Source of the DNA: Candidatus Chisholmbacteria bacterium
Lineage (GTDB): Bacteria; Patescibacteriota; Microgenomatia; UBA1400; Chisholmbacteraceae
Direction: 5' to 3'
Assembly: GCA_963704905.1 (NCBI GenBank)
Contig: CAVPHZ010000001.1
Coordinates: 707,438 to 771,437, forward strand
DNA length: 64,000 nucleotides
Below are positions 38,720 to 49,073 of the stretch, in pieces (positions within the stretch are counted from its first letter, which is position 1; each line of letters starts with the position of its first letter). A program made the position numbers and the translations under genes. Below the pieces are notes generated by a model. The model had not been told where the DNA came from, did no database searches, and worked only from the letters and a program-made list of their open reading frames with translations.

Positions 38720-38995
38720 TTAGTTTCCAAAATTCACTGCTCCTGAGTTGTATTCATTTCTGATTTGCTGGGGGGTGAGGGCGTAATTGAAGATTTTGAC
38801 GTCGTCGATTTGGCCTGCCGGATTGTATGCAGCAAGGTCGTTACAAGAGCGAGCTATCGTTGCGGCTTGAGGATGATTGTGCATTGCTGTGTATGATCCA
38901 ACTGTGCCTGTTGTCATACTCATCGCGACGCCGTTGCGGTAATGTTGAATACCTGAATTCGATCCAGACCCGTCATACGTTGTCAAAACATGCAC
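38720..38995 (-). CDS. LamG C-terminal fragment (end of giant gene B)
   Basis: ...GQIDDVKIFNYALTPQQIRNEYNSGAVNFGN, nearly identical to the C-terminus of 32030..33799. Confidence 0.45.
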   Translation of the reverse strand: MHVLTTYDGSGSNSGIQHYRNGVAMSMTTGTVGSYTAMHNHPQAATIARSCNDLAAYNPAGQIDDVKIFNYALTPQQIRNEYNSGAVNFGN

Positions 38996-39096
38996 CCAGG
39001 CGCTTTGGTCAGCGGTGAAGGTTTGTACTGAGTCTGCGCTAATTCGGTTTCCGTTTGAGTTGTCGTAAAGAACTAACCCTAAGGTGTCGGTGTTGC

Positions 39097-39648
39097 TTAA
39101 CCAAAGTTATATTCAAACTGATCAGAACTATCGTTGCATTTTAATATCACTTTAAAGCCGGTTGCATCGGACATATTTAACCAGGCACTGATACTGAAAG
39201 GCCTGTCGGAAACAGAGTCCCCAAAAGATAATTTGTCATTATCGGGAACCAGGACATAATCATCTGTACCGTCAAAAGCAAGGCTTGCGTTTCTTTTACC
39301 ACCGGCACCGTCGGCCCACATATCGCCCGCGGATCCTCCACAGGTACCGACCGCGTTTCCTGTTTGGGAGTAAATTGTACTAGCGGCGATATTTCCGGCA
39401 TTGTCATTGGCAGTTGATCCCGAGCACTCGTCGAACTTCCAGTGAGCGATGGGCCCGCCGCGGTTGTATTCCCAGGCTATTTGGGCTGGAGTGCGAGTGT
39501 AGTTATATAGACGCACTTGGTCTATCATGCCATCTACGGTACGAGTTCCAGCTTGAGAATTTCCGATATATTGAGTAGCAGAGGAATCACTATTTCTTGT
39601 TCCTGTAGAGTTAGAATCTGTTGTTAGTGTTTGAAGAACACCATTCAC
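39097..39648 (-). CDS. LamG-repeat fragment (gene B 3' region)
   Basis: 183 aa with GMIDQVRLYNYTRTPAQIAWEYNRGGPIAHWKFDE. The flanking sequence is coding-like but frame-broken. Confidence 0.45.
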   Translation of the reverse strand: MNGVLQTLTTDSNSTGTRNSDSSATQYIGNSQAGTRTVDGMIDQVRLYNYTRTPAQIAWEYNRGGPIAHWKFDECSGSTANDNAGNIAASTIYSQTGNAVGTCGGSAGDMWADGAGGKRNASLAFDGTDDYVLVPDNDKLSFGDSVSDRPFSISAWLNMSDATGFKVILKCNDSSDQFEYNFG

Positions 39649-40153
39649 ATATATTGACGGATCGTTGTTGGCATCAGTGTTATCATACGTGACTTCCAGA
39701 TGAACCCACTCATTTGCATTATATGCATTTTGGACCTTCCAGTTTGCTCCACCACCTGAGAAAGTATAATCAAATGAAATATCTATTCCTCCCGAATCAT
39801 TTTCTGTCGATAATCTCCATACATTTTTGTCAAGAATCGAGGCATCGTTATTTTCACCATCACTACTTATATCTACCCAGGCTGATACAGAGCCGCCACT
39901 GTCAAAAATGTCAGCTATTGAACTGTCGCTACCTGCAGTGACGTAGTCATCTTGACTGAGACCAGTGGCGCCGTCGAAGAAAAGTGCCCAATTGCGTTCA
40001 CCTCCAACGGGCGTCCATGCGGGACCGTTGGTGAGGGTGCCGGTGTTGTTGTTGGCGCTAGTATCAAATGTAGAAGTGCCTGAGCCTTCATTAAATAGCC
40101 ATTCGGCGACGGGGGGAGTGCAGGCGGAGCCTTGGCCGGGGGGACAGTATTCG

Positions 40154-43100
40154 TTAGTGGCCGACCAGGTGGCGGTAGCCCGATGAGTCGGTGGAGGTGG
40201 CGCCGAAGACGGCAGATTTGCCTTGGTTCATTTCTGCTTTGACTTGGTCGGCAGTGAGGGCGAAGTTGTAGATTTTGACTTCGTCGATTTTACCATCCCA
40301 GTATTCACCCCATGCTGTGTTATACCCAATATAGATGGGGAGTGAATGAGAACTGAGGTTAAGTGTGCCTGATGCGCTGACACTATCTTCAAGAATACCG
40401 TTTTTATAGAGCTTAATAATCGATCCGTTATAAGTGACAGCTAGATGAGTCCATATACCAGTTGAAATACTTACACTAGAATTCCAATCGCAAGTTTGTG
40501 GTCCGGAGAGGACAACACCAACAGTTCCTCCTTGAGTGTAGAAATAGATGTTTTTTCCTGTACACGCTCCAGCACCTGCTGTGAAAGCTGACATGATAGT
40601 GTCGTATCCACTAAGTGTAGATGGGTTTACCCATGCAGAAAGGGTGATTTCGTCCGAAGGATTAAGACTGTCATCATCAGCAATGCTTATGTAATCACCA
40701 CCATCATAATTTAGTGCTTTCCCATATTTTCCCTCGTTGGTCCAACTTGGGCAGGTTGCTGCTCCAGGGCAGGAGCCTTGAAGGTCACCGTTGTTTCCTT
40801 GGGGTGAGGAATCGTTGGCCGCGTCGCCGTAACCTTCATCAAAATTTAGGTGGAGAACCGGAGATCCGATGGGGGAGCCGGGGGCGGGGTGTCCGGCGTT
40901 CATGTCGGAAATGATTTGGGAAGGGTTGCGTTCGTAACTATACAGCTTCACTTCATCGAAAATCCCTGGAAAGTTATAGCCAGAGCCAGCGACCCAGTTA
41001 CCTAGCACTGGTGTATTTAGTGGATTCCCAGTATCCATTGTCGTCGCTGAGGTTGTTGAAGTGTCAACTAAAATTCCATTGACATATAATTTATGTATAT
41101 CCGTGACGCTGTTATACACTGCGGCTACGTGATACCACTCATGAGTTGAAAAGGTGTTTGGATCACAGACAATCACTGAACTTTGTCCTGCTGATCTGAA
41201 AAAAGCCCCAAACACACCAGCTCCGCATCCTGCATAATTGTTAATTACTCCTACTACATTTCTTCCGACACTAGACATATCTGAAGTATTTTCTGCGTAA
41301 AAATACCTACCCCGTCCGCTTGTTCCAGATGATGTAGGATAAACCCAGCCTTCGGTTGTGAAGGCAGCTAAACCTTTGACGCTTGATGCGGTACTTAGAG
41401 AGATTCTGTCAGTAGAACTTGTGAAGCTTGATGTTTCTATTCCGTTCCCGAATTTGCCGTTTCTCCAGAGAACTGTGGTTGTGTTACCCAGTGTTCCTGT
41501 GATGCCGTTTCCGCTTGAATCGTACGCCTTGTCATTTTGTCCTTCATCTAATTTCCAGTATCCGAACGGTCCTGGGGCCCAGTTGTAGAGAGCGGAAACT
41601 TCGGCGGGGGAAAGGGCTTTCTGGTAGTAGCGAACCTCGTCTACAATCCCAGGGTAAAACGAGCTTGTGGCGTCTCTACTTCCTACATTGAAATTGCTGG
41701 AGGCATCGGTGATGTTGTTGCCACCGCCGTTGGTTGTAGACACATATGTCGCCTCAATGCCATTGACATAGATGTGCGCTTCGCTTGCTGATGTCGTCCC
41801 ACCGAATGTCACGACGACGTGGTTCCACTGGCTGGTCGAGAATATGTTGTTGGCTGTTACTATTTCGAGGTTCGGATTATCGTCTGTTTCTTTGAGAAAT
41901 GCGATGGCGTTTGTTGGAATGAGCGCTAATCTCCAATATCCGGTATCTCCCGATGTATTGCGTTTTGATATGACATATCCAGTATCGCTCGTGGGTTTGA
42001 TCCATGCAGATGCTGTAAACGGACCAGAGCCATCCAGTGAGTCTGGACTCCCCATGGCAATGTTGTCATCGGTGCCGTCTACCTGACAGCCGTACCCAAA
42101 TTTTCCTGGGACGGTGCAGTCCATTCCGGTAGTGTTTGCTCCGTAGTCGGTAGTTCCGTTGTTGCTGTTACCCGATGAATCTGTCACAGTTTGACCATCT
42201 CCTGAGACGTTGTCATCCATTTTCCAATACCCAACTAGGCCGTTTGAGAGCCAGGAATTGTCAGGGCCGAAGGAGGCTGCAGCGCCTTTGTTGTAATCGA
42301 CTTTGATTTCGTCTGCCGAGCGGGCATAGGGGTAGATTTTTACCTCATCAATGAATCCATCAAACGCGCCGTCAACACTGGCGCCTCCTGCCCAATTGGC
42401 TGCGCCAACCCATAGCGGGTCGTTTGATAGAGTGGGTGCAACGTCGGCTCCACCATCAGCAGCTTCTACAGGCATTCCGTTGAGATATGCTTGCCAGCTC
42501 GATGAGGTTCCAAAAGTAAAGGTCATGGCAAAATGCATCCATTTGTTTTCAACAATCCGGTCATCGTTGATGCCCCAATCGGGGTAACCTCCACCGCTTT
42601 GTTCGTATCCGAACTTGATTTCGTTATCTCCTGATCCATCTGCATCCCAAATCCAGATTTGATAGTTGGCGTTGTCTGAGCCTGTTGTTGCGCCTTTGCC
42701 GAGCAAGATGCCCTGATCAGAATAGCCGGGTATTGTTGTGGCTTTAAACCAGAATGCGATGGTTATTTCGTCGCCACTATCAAAATCGAGTACGCTGTTT
42801 GCGCCTGGGTCGGCGACGCTGACGTAATCATCTGTCCCGTCAAACTGGAGGCACTTACCGTTTTTACACATGTCTTCAGTCTGCCAGGTAGCGCCGTTTC
42901 TGACGCCGTCGTTTTTCCCAACACCTATGTCGCAAGTGTCGTCTGTACCGTTTTCGCAGGTGTTGTCCGTGCCTTCATCGAACTTCCAGTAGGCAATTGG
43001 GCCAGGGCCGATTTCTTCACTTCCTGCACTTGGAGCACCTCCAGAGGGGGAGAGGGATGTGTAGCTTGATAGGTCTTCTGAAACGGAGCCTGCGGAAGGA

Positions 43101-43546
43101 TTTCCGTAGTAATGATAGAAGGCATTGCCTCCATTAATAATGGTGGGAAAGAGGACATCATAGGTTGTGGCGGCGTTATTGCAGGTGCCGGTGAGATCGA
43201 GTCTCAAGAGTAATCCGTTGATGTCGGTGAACCTGCTGTCATCACAGTCAGATTGCATTTTTCCGGCTGTGATCAAAGTTGCGGTATCAATTGTTACCTC
43301 AACCCTTCTGTCAGTGAGTGCTGCATTGTGGGTAAAGGAGTACCTTGTTCTATATGCCCAGGAGTCATCGAACCAGCCTGCTTGTGCGGGTTGAGAATGA
43401 TAGAGGGAGTAGAGAATGACGGGGAGCAATACCAAGAGCAAACCTCCCGCAACTGGAAGCAGTTTTCTTCTGTTTTTTTGGATTGCAGATTTCATTGCAG
43501 ATTTCAGAGATTTCAGATTTATGATGCTAAGTCTAAATTTCTTCAT
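40154..43546 (-). CDS. giant DUF2341 + tandem LamG_3 (concanavalin-like) surface protein, gene B (longest intact ORF, 1130 aa)
   Basis: N-terminus MKKFRLS...NRRKLLPVAGGLLLVLLPVILYSLYHS, then AGWFDDSWAYRTRYSF...DCDDSRFTDINGLLL...YHYYGNPSAGS (DUF2341-like), then at least 6 LamG-type units each ending ..[FI]DEVK[IL]Y.Y.R....I. A 12-bp tandem repeat sits in the first codons. Confidence 0.8.
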   Translation of the reverse strand: MKKFRLSIINLKSLKSAMKSAIQKNRRKLLPVAGGLLLVLLPVILYSLYHSQPAQAGWFDDSWAYRTRYSFTHNAALTDRRVEVTIDTATLITAGKMQSDCDDSRFTDINGLLLRLDLTGTCNNAATTYDVLFPTIINGGNAFYHYYGNPSAGSVSEDLSSYTSLSPSGGAPSAGSEEIGPGPIAYWKFDEGTDNTCENGTDDTCDIGVGKNDGVRNGATWQTEDMCKNGKCLQFDGTDDYVSVADPGANSVLDFDSGDEITIAFWFKATTIPGYSDQGILLGKGATTGSDNANYQIWIWDADGSGDNEIKFGYEQSGGGYPDWGINDDRIVENKWMHFAMTFTFGTSSSWQAYLNGMPVEAADGGADVAPTLSNDPLWVGAANWAGGASVDGAFDGFIDEVKIYPYARSADEIKVDYNKGAAASFGPDNSWLSNGLVGYWKMDDNVSGDGQTVTDSSGNSNNGTTDYGANTTGMDCTVPGKFGYGCQVDGTDDNIAMGSPDSLDGSGPFTASAWIKPTSDTGYVISKRNTSGDTGYWRLALIPTNAIAFLKETDDNPNLEIVTANNIFSTSQWNHVVVTFGGTTSASEAHIYVNGIEATYVSTTNGGGNNITDASSNFNVGSRDATSSFYPGIVDEVRYYQKALSPAEVSALYNWAPGPFGYWKLDEGQNDKAYDSSGNGITGTLGNTTTVLWRNGKFGNGIETSSFTSSTDRISLSTASSVKGLAAFTTEGWVYPTSSGTSGRGRYFYAENTSDMSSVGRNVVGVINNYAGCGAGVFGAFFRSAGQSSVIVCDPNTFSTHEWYHVAAVYNSVTDIHKLYVNGILVDTSTTSATTMDTGNPLNTPVLGNWVAGSGYNFPGIFDEVKLYSYERNPSQIISDMNAGHPAPGSPIGSPVLHLNFDEGYGDAANDSSPQGNNGDLQGSCPGAATCPSWTNEGKYGKALNYDGGDYISIADDDSLNPSDEITLSAWVNPSTLSGYDTIMSAFTAGAGACTGKNIYFYTQGGTVGVVLSGPQTCDWNSSVSISTGIWTHLAVTYNGSIIKLYKNGILEDSVSASGTLNLSSHSLPIYIGYNTAWGEYWDGKIDEVKIYNFALTADQVKAEMNQGKSAVFGATSTDSSGYRHLVGH

Positions 43547-43547
43547 A

Positions 43548-43573
43548 CCTTTAAAGGTTGAACCCTACAAGGG
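43548..43573. repeat. palindromic repeat, family B
   Basis: cctttaaaggttgaaccctacaaggg immediately 5' of the gene B start codon. Confidence 0.55.
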
Positions 43574-43584
43574 TGGGTTTTCTA

Positions 43585-44265
43585 TTATTCTATTATTAAT
43601 GGGCCTAGTGCTTCTTGGCTATCGATCTCCTGTGCTTCTACAAAGGCTTTGTAGGTTTGTGTTTTCAAAAGACCTTTGAGAGTTGGGGAGGTGAAAAAGT
43701 CTAGAACGATATTTGGTTTTATCCAGGAATCTTGCCGTTTTTTTATGTAGTTTGCATACGAAGAGTACGCATTTTCAAGGCTTTTTGCGTACTCGGAAGG
43801 ATTAAGGTGTATATACCGCGAGAGGTGCAGGAGGTAGTTATCGTTTCCTACTAGCACAGCTTTGTAGATACCCTGGAAGAGTGAGCCTACTCGCTTATAT
43901 CTTTTATTAAAATACATCGAGTAGCGGGTGAGCAGTGACTGCATAAAACTCTTCATGGCCCCTTGTTCTTTTTGCTGGAGGAGGAGATGGAAGTGATTTG
44001 GCATCAGACAATAGGCGACTAATTTGATTTTTTTATGAAAGTTTTTTGGCAGGCGAGGCACACCTTTAAAGGTTGAACCCTTAAAGGTGACATTTACTGC
44101 GAATTTATTTGGATCGGGAGGTTTTGTTAGGGAGGTTTTGAGGTATTTGAGAAAGACTCTATAGTCTTGATCGTCCTCGAAAATTGTGCGCTTTTCAACA
44201 CCTCTGTTGTAGATGTGATAGTAACCGTCTTTGATGCTGATTTTTATGATGTTTTTAGCAGGCAT
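43585..44265 (-). CDS. IS200/IS605-like HUH tyrosine (Y1) transposase, RAYT-like, paralog 2
   Basis: MPAKNIIKISIKDGYYHIYNRGVEKRTIFEDDQDYRVF...MPNHFHLLL...GSLFQGIYKAVLV...SRYIHLNP. Roughly 55-60% identical to 31063..31746, with an embedded family-B repeat encoding TFKGSTFKG. Confidence 0.75.
   Translation of the reverse strand: MPAKNIIKISIKDGYYHIYNRGVEKRTIFEDDQDYRVFLKYLKTSLTKPPDPNKFAVNVTFKGSTFKGVPRLPKNFHKKIKLVAYCLMPNHFHLLLQQKEQGAMKSFMQSLLTRYSMYFNKRYKRVGSLFQGIYKAVLVGNDNYLLHLSRYIHLNPSEYAKSLENAYSSYANYIKKRQDSWIKPNIVLDFFTSPTLKGLLKTQTYKAFVEAQEIDSQEALGPLIIE
44058..44088. repeat. palindromic repeat, family B, inside transposase CDS
   Basis: cacctttaaaggttgaacccttaaaggtg, a near-perfect 31-bp palindrome. 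Confidence 0.55.
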
Positions 44266-44294
44266 GGCAGTGGTTGTTTGTTTTCATAATCTTA

Positions 44295-44320
44295 CCCTTT
44301 AAAGGTTGAACCCTGCAAGG
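44295..44320. repeat. palindromic repeat, family B
   Basis: ccctttaaaggttgaaccctgcaagg, between the transposase start and the gene C stop. Confidence 0.55.
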
Positions 44321-45196
44321 TTAGGGGCCGAAATAGACGGCGCCGTTGTTGTAGGCTTTTTTGACTTGGTCGGGTGAGAGCGGGTAGCTGTAGAACTTGA
44401 CTTGGTCTATCTGGCCGTCGAAAGGATTGCCGCCATCGGACTCGGAACCGATGCGGAAGTCGAGGGCATTGTCGGGGTTGCTGCCACCTCCTTGTCCAAT
44501 GGTGCCAGGAATTCCGTCTATATATATCCTCACTAATTCATTTCCACCACTTCCGTCGAACTCATAGGTGACGACGATATGGTGCCAGTTGCTGTCTGTG
44601 ATTGTGGACGGACCCTGTCCGATTACAGCTCCACTTCCATTGCCGGCTGTAAACTGCACTAAGTCACCCGGGTGAATGTATAGTGCATACCCATCTGTTG
44701 TAGAGACGGAAATATCGTTGTCCTTAGCTACTATGACATCAAAGGTATTGTAGGTGTCTCTGCTCACCCAGGCTTCGATGGAGAAGCTTTCTCCTTCTGC
44801 GATATCCAGTTCGTCCGGGTCGTTCATGTCGACATAATCGTTGGTGCCGTCGAAGTCGAGCGAGGCATTGCGTTTTCCTACGGTGCCGTTGTCCCACATT
44901 TCGTCTCCTGCGCCTGAAGAACAGGTTCCGACGGAGTCATTGGAACCACTAGTGTCACCGGGTACGATAGTTCCGTTGTTGCCGAAATTGCTGTCATCAT
45001 AGACGGTGGTTCCCTGGCATTCGTCCAGCTTCCATTGGCCGATGGGAGCGCCTCGGTTATATAGCCAGGCGGCTTGGGCAGTGGTCACAGCAAAGTCGTA
45101 GACAGTGACCCCATCGATTATGCCCGTTGAACTCATCCGTGGTATTGTGGGCTGCGCCAACCTGGAAGTTATTGGAATTTGAGGGCGAGTTGACAT
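44321..45196 (-). CDS. LamG-repeat C-terminal fragment of giant gene C
   Basis: 291 aa ending ...FDGQIDQVKFYSYPLSPDQVKKAYNNGAVYFGP. Overlaps the upstream ORF by 140 nt in another frame. Confidence 0.55.
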   Translation of the reverse strand: MSTRPQIPITSRLAQPTIPRMSSTGIIDGVTVYDFAVTTAQAAWLYNRGAPIGQWKLDECQGTTVYDDSNFGNNGTIVPGDTSGSNDSVGTCSSGAGDEMWDNGTVGKRNASLDFDGTNDYVDMNDPDELDIAEGESFSIEAWVSRDTYNTFDVIVAKDNDISVSTTDGYALYIHPGDLVQFTAGNGSGAVIGQGPSTITDSNWHHIVVTYEFDGSGGNELVRIYIDGIPGTIGQGGGSNPDNALDFRIGSESDGGNPFDGQIDQVKFYSYPLSPDQVKKAYNNGAVYFGP

Positions 45197-46550
45197 TTAC
45201 CAGGATTCCGCTATTCCCTTCTTCGTCCGCCTGTCCGTCAATATAGATGGTGGTTAGCGTGTCGCTGTTGTCATCCCAGACGGCGACGACGTGATGCCAG
45301 CCGCTGTTGGCGGAGAACGTCGTGTTGCTGTGGGTGATGTACTGGTCTGTTCCGTCGTCAACCTCAAAGCGGATGTCATCGCTACCCGAACCTTCGAAGT
45401 AGAGATTGTAATGGGCTCCGGCACCTCCAGGTCCGGCACCTTTGCCGACGATTACCTGGTCAGAGGTGACGTCGCTGCCGATATTAAACCAAGCAGAGAT
45501 GGTGAAATCCTGACTGTCGCCAAAATCAATTTCGTTACTGCAGTCGACTTCCTGAGCTCCAGAATACTTCAACGCTTTCCCTCCCAGTCCGTTTGAGTTG
45601 CGAGGGCCTTCTGCAACGTTCACTCTAGTGGGATCCTGGGATTCCGAACCTGAGGTGGTTCCCAGGTAGCATTCCATGCTTGCATCTTCTGAGTGGGCAA
45701 AAACATTTTGGCCATCGGGGTCTTCAAAGTAGAGCTCAATGAGCGGGTCGCTTAAGCTATTTCCTTCTTCATCATGGTCAGCGACATTGCCAAATGAAGC
45801 AGAGGAGGCGAAGTTATAATCGGCTATGATCTGGGAGCGGGTCAGGGTGGAGCCGTAGACTTTCATTTCATCAAGCATGCCTCCGTTGAAATCAGCAATA
45901 TTTCCAGAGTTTACGAAGAAGGTTGTATCCTCACCGTTGTTCGCCGATCCGATATCGCCTATGGTTCCCGAGTGTGACTCGTTGTCATCGTTGCCGTCGA
46001 TATAGATTTTGCTGTTGCCTCCACTACCGCCTGAGTCCTGGTCCCAGATGATAGCAAAATAGTGCCAGCCGGAAGCGGTGAAGGTGGTGGTGCTGGCCAT
46101 TTCATACTCATCGGTACCGTCGTCAATTTCAAATACCAGTTTGTCACTAGTTCCGTCGATGTAAATACTCCAACCGGCTGATGTCCGGTCAGCCCGTTTT
46201 GAAAATAAGGCATGGTCAGAATTAAAATCTGCCGTGCGGTTAAACCAGCCGGTAAAGGTGCGGTCGTCCGTGTCATTGATATCAAAGAGCTCAACGTCGG
46301 TAGCTGCCCCCCCTACGTCGGCTGAGCATGAGGTCCCGTTGCACAATGATGTACCGTTTACTTTCCCTGCAAACCTCCACAGCTGGTCGGCACCGCCAGC
46401 TACAGCGATAACTGCATCGTTTTGATTTACAGATTGGTCACATATGTCGCTGGTGCCATCGGTGCAGGTGTTGTTGCGCATCTCATCGAACTTCCAGTAG
46501 CCGATCGGTGAACCGATGGGAGAGCCGGGGGCGGGGTGGCCGGCATTCAT
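45057..46550 (-). CDS. LamG-repeat fragment (gene C)
   Basis: 497 aa. Starts MNAGHPAPGSPIGSPIGYWKFDE (motif shared with genes A and B) and contains GGMLDEMKVYGSTLTRSQIIADYN. Confidence 0.55.
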   Translation of the reverse strand: MNAGHPAPGSPIGSPIGYWKFDEMRNNTCTDGTSDICDQSVNQNDAVIAVAGGADQLWRFAGKVNGTSLCNGTSCSADVGGAATDVELFDINDTDDRTFTGWFNRTADFNSDHALFSKRADRTSAGWSIYIDGTSDKLVFEIDDGTDEYEMASTTTFTASGWHYFAIIWDQDSGGSGGNSKIYIDGNDDNESHSGTIGDIGSANNGEDTTFFVNSGNIADFNGGMLDEMKVYGSTLTRSQIIADYNFASSASFGNVADHDEEGNSLSDPLIELYFEDPDGQNVFAHSEDASMECYLGTTSGSESQDPTRVNVAEGPRNSNGLGGKALKYSGAQEVDCSNEIDFGDSQDFTISAWFNIGSDVTSDQVIVGKGAGPGGAGAHYNLYFEGSGSDDIRFEVDDGTDQYITHSNTTFSANSGWHHVVAVWDDNSDTLTTIYIDGQADEEGNSGILVNVNSPSNSNNFQVGAAHNTTDEFNGHNRWGHCLRLCCDHCPSRLAI

Positions 46551-47141
46551 GTCTTCAACTATTTGTTCATCGGTGCGAGCATAGTCGTAAACTGTGGATC
46601 GTCGATCACACCGTTGAAGAATTGCTCACTGCCAGCGCGAGTTCGTGCACCTATTCGGATATCAACATCGCTAGCGTCTTGTATTACCAACGGACCGGAC
46701 GTGCTTATATTGAGTGTTGAATCAAGCCATAGTTTTGTTTCTGATCCTGCAGTTAGACGACGTGATATAAAGTGCCATTGTCCTGGGGTAATCGTTCCAA
46801 TGCTTGGGTCGCCACTCGGCTTGAACTCGTATAGACTCCAAATTCTACAGCTCCACTGGAACTTAATTGGCAATAGTACAACCTTTGGGACGTTCCACTA
46901 TCTTGTGCAATAATGATTTGTCTAACTGCTGCTGAGTTGGACTTTATCCATGCTGTTATCAGTCATGCTATTCCCTTCTAAATGGTCGTTGGTGCCTGTG
47001 GTCAAGTCGTCATCTCTTTCGTCAAAATCAAGTGCACCGCCAAATCTTCCAGGAACCCAATCTGATTCTGTCATACTAGCATCCGGAGGGTACCTTACTG
47101 CTTTGAGAGAGCGATCGTAGGCGGTGGTGCCAGTATTTTCG

Positions 47142-49073
47142 TCAATTGGCCAATAAGCGATACGGTCCCGGCGCCCAGTTGTAGAGGGCTTGTACCTGTT
47201 TTGGGGAAAGCGCGTGTTTATAGACACGCAGGTCATCAATGTGGCCATCATAGTAGTTGGCTGGTGTTCCTGAAGAGTCCTCGGCTCCTACGACTAACTC
47301 TCCCGCATCATTTCCAATAGACGAGGGAATAGTGCCTGTGGTAGAGCTGGCTTGAAGCTCTCCATTGACAAAGAGCTTGACCGTTTGAGATGACGCATCA
47401 TAGACTCCGACCACATGTTGGAGGGTATTGGCTGAGAGCGGTGTTCCAGTTGTGGCTTCATAGTTTGCGGCAGCATCTATATACATTCGTAGATTGGCCC
47501 CTTCCATTGCAAGCAGATAACTTTCATTGGCACCATCCCATTTGCCAATGATATCCTGACTCCCGGTTGTATCATCAGGGTTTATCCAAGCTGAGAGTGT
47601 GAGACTTCCGGTTACTGAGAGATAGGCATTATCCACCACATCAAAGTACTGTGATGATCCATTGTGCTCAGACCCGTTGCCAAACTTTGCACCGGTGAAG
47701 GTAGTGGTCCCGGTATTGGTCAGTGTTGTTCCATTTCCACTCAGATCTGTTGCATTTCCACTTAATTCATCCATCTTCCAGTAGCCGATGAGGCCGTCGG
47801 AGAGCCAGGAATTGTCGGGGCCGAAGGCGGCCGCATAGCTCTGATTGTAGTCTGATTTAATTTCAGCTTCAGAACGAGCGTAGCGGTAGACTTTGATTTC
47901 ATCCAAAAACCCTTCCCATTGGCCACCTGCGCCATCACCATCCAGACCAATGTAGAAATCGTCGCTGTTTTCGAGCGTACCGGTGGCAGCGATGGACGTA
48001 TCTGAAGCGACCTCTACGCCGTCGATATACAGGTTGATTGAGGTGGTGCCGTTTTTTACTGCGGAAAAGTGATGCCATTTGCTATCGGCATAATTGGCAG
48101 TGCTGGTCGCGATGTCGGAATTCGAGCCATTGTCGATAGTAAATGATATATAGCCTAAATTTTCCATTCTCACTTCATAACCGATGCCAGTATTTCTCTT
48201 CGTGATGATGTTGTCGGCTCCGGCAGGCGTACTTGTGTGGCGGAACCAGCCTGAGAGGGTAAAGTCCGTATTCGCATCAAAGTCAAGCTGATCGTCGTCG
48301 GTCCTGGTTAAGTATTGCTGGGTGGGGATGTCAAACTCGAAGCGCAAACACTTTCCTGAGATACACTCATCTTCAGTACGCCAGGTGGCATTGGTTTTTG
48401 AAAGGTCGATACCGTGGCCGGTTGCGTCGCAAGCGTCGTTGGTTCCGCCAGAGCAGGTGTTGTCCACGCCTTCGTCGAACTTCCAGTAGGCGACGGGGCC
48501 TGGGCTTGCTTCCTCAGCTTCATAGGAACCATAGGCCGGAACTGTCGGGGTGGTGGTTGCCAGTTTTCTGGTAAAGACGTGGTCGACGGAGAAAGTGTTG
48601 GTTATATCAGTAGTTTCTAGTCTGACATATTGTGCAGAGTTTGGATACTGTGTTGAGTGTGTGGCGCTTGTGCCATCAACGCTCAACACTGCATTGCTTG
48701 CACCTATGGTGATGTCGTACTGATGATAGGAGGTGTCTTCGGCGACCGCTGCTGTTGAGGATTGGGTTGTTCCTCCGTTGGCTGTCTCTGTTTCATGGTT
48801 CCCGCCGGTAGTAGCATCGAAGAACATGGCGGCTGAGTCGTCAGTTGTGTAGCTCGTAGTGATGGTGGCGGTGTTACTGAACCCAAGCCTTCCGAGTGCG
48901 GCGGTGTTATTTTGGCTGGCTCGCATAGTGACAACCTCAACGTCGTTATCTCCTGGGCTGGCATCACCAAATGTGTCGGCTGAGGCAATGCCTTCCAGGT
49001 CGGTGGCGTCGTCGGTAGCAAGAGGGAGAGGTTCCCAGACCCAACAGAAGGAGCATCTTCTTGATAAGCCCAT
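47142..49073 (-). CDS. LamG-repeat fragment (gene C)
   Basis: 643 aa with GFLDEIKVYRYARSEAEIKSDYN, GHIDDLRVYKHALSPKQVQALYNWAPGP. The small ORFs 46559..46873 and 46922..47251 between this and 45057..46550 carry the same kind of motifs in shifted frames. Confidence 0.55.
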   Translation of the reverse strand: MGLSRRCSFCWVWEPLPLATDDATDLEGIASADTFGDASPGDNDVEVVTMRASQNNTAALGRLGFSNTATITTSYTTDDSAAMFFDATTGGNHETETANGGTTQSSTAAVAEDTSYHQYDITIGASNAVLSVDGTSATHSTQYPNSAQYVRLETTDITNTFSVDHVFTRKLATTTPTVPAYGSYEAEEASPGPVAYWKFDEGVDNTCSGGTNDACDATGHGIDLSKTNATWRTEDECISGKCLRFEFDIPTQQYLTRTDDDQLDFDANTDFTLSGWFRHTSTPAGADNIITKRNTGIGYEVRMENLGYISFTIDNGSNSDIATSTANYADSKWHHFSAVKNGTTSINLYIDGVEVASDTSIAATGTLENSDDFYIGLDGDGAGGQWEGFLDEIKVYRYARSEAEIKSDYNQSYAAAFGPDNSWLSDGLIGYWKMDELSGNATDLSGNGTTLTNTGTTTFTGAKFGNGSEHNGSSQYFDVVDNAYLSVTGSLTLSAWINPDDTTGSQDIIGKWDGANESYLLAMEGANLRMYIDAAANYEATTGTPLSANTLQHVVGVYDASSQTVKLFVNGELQASSTTGTIPSSIGNDAGELVVGAEDSSGTPANYYDGHIDDLRVYKHALSPKQVQALYNWAPGPYRLLAN

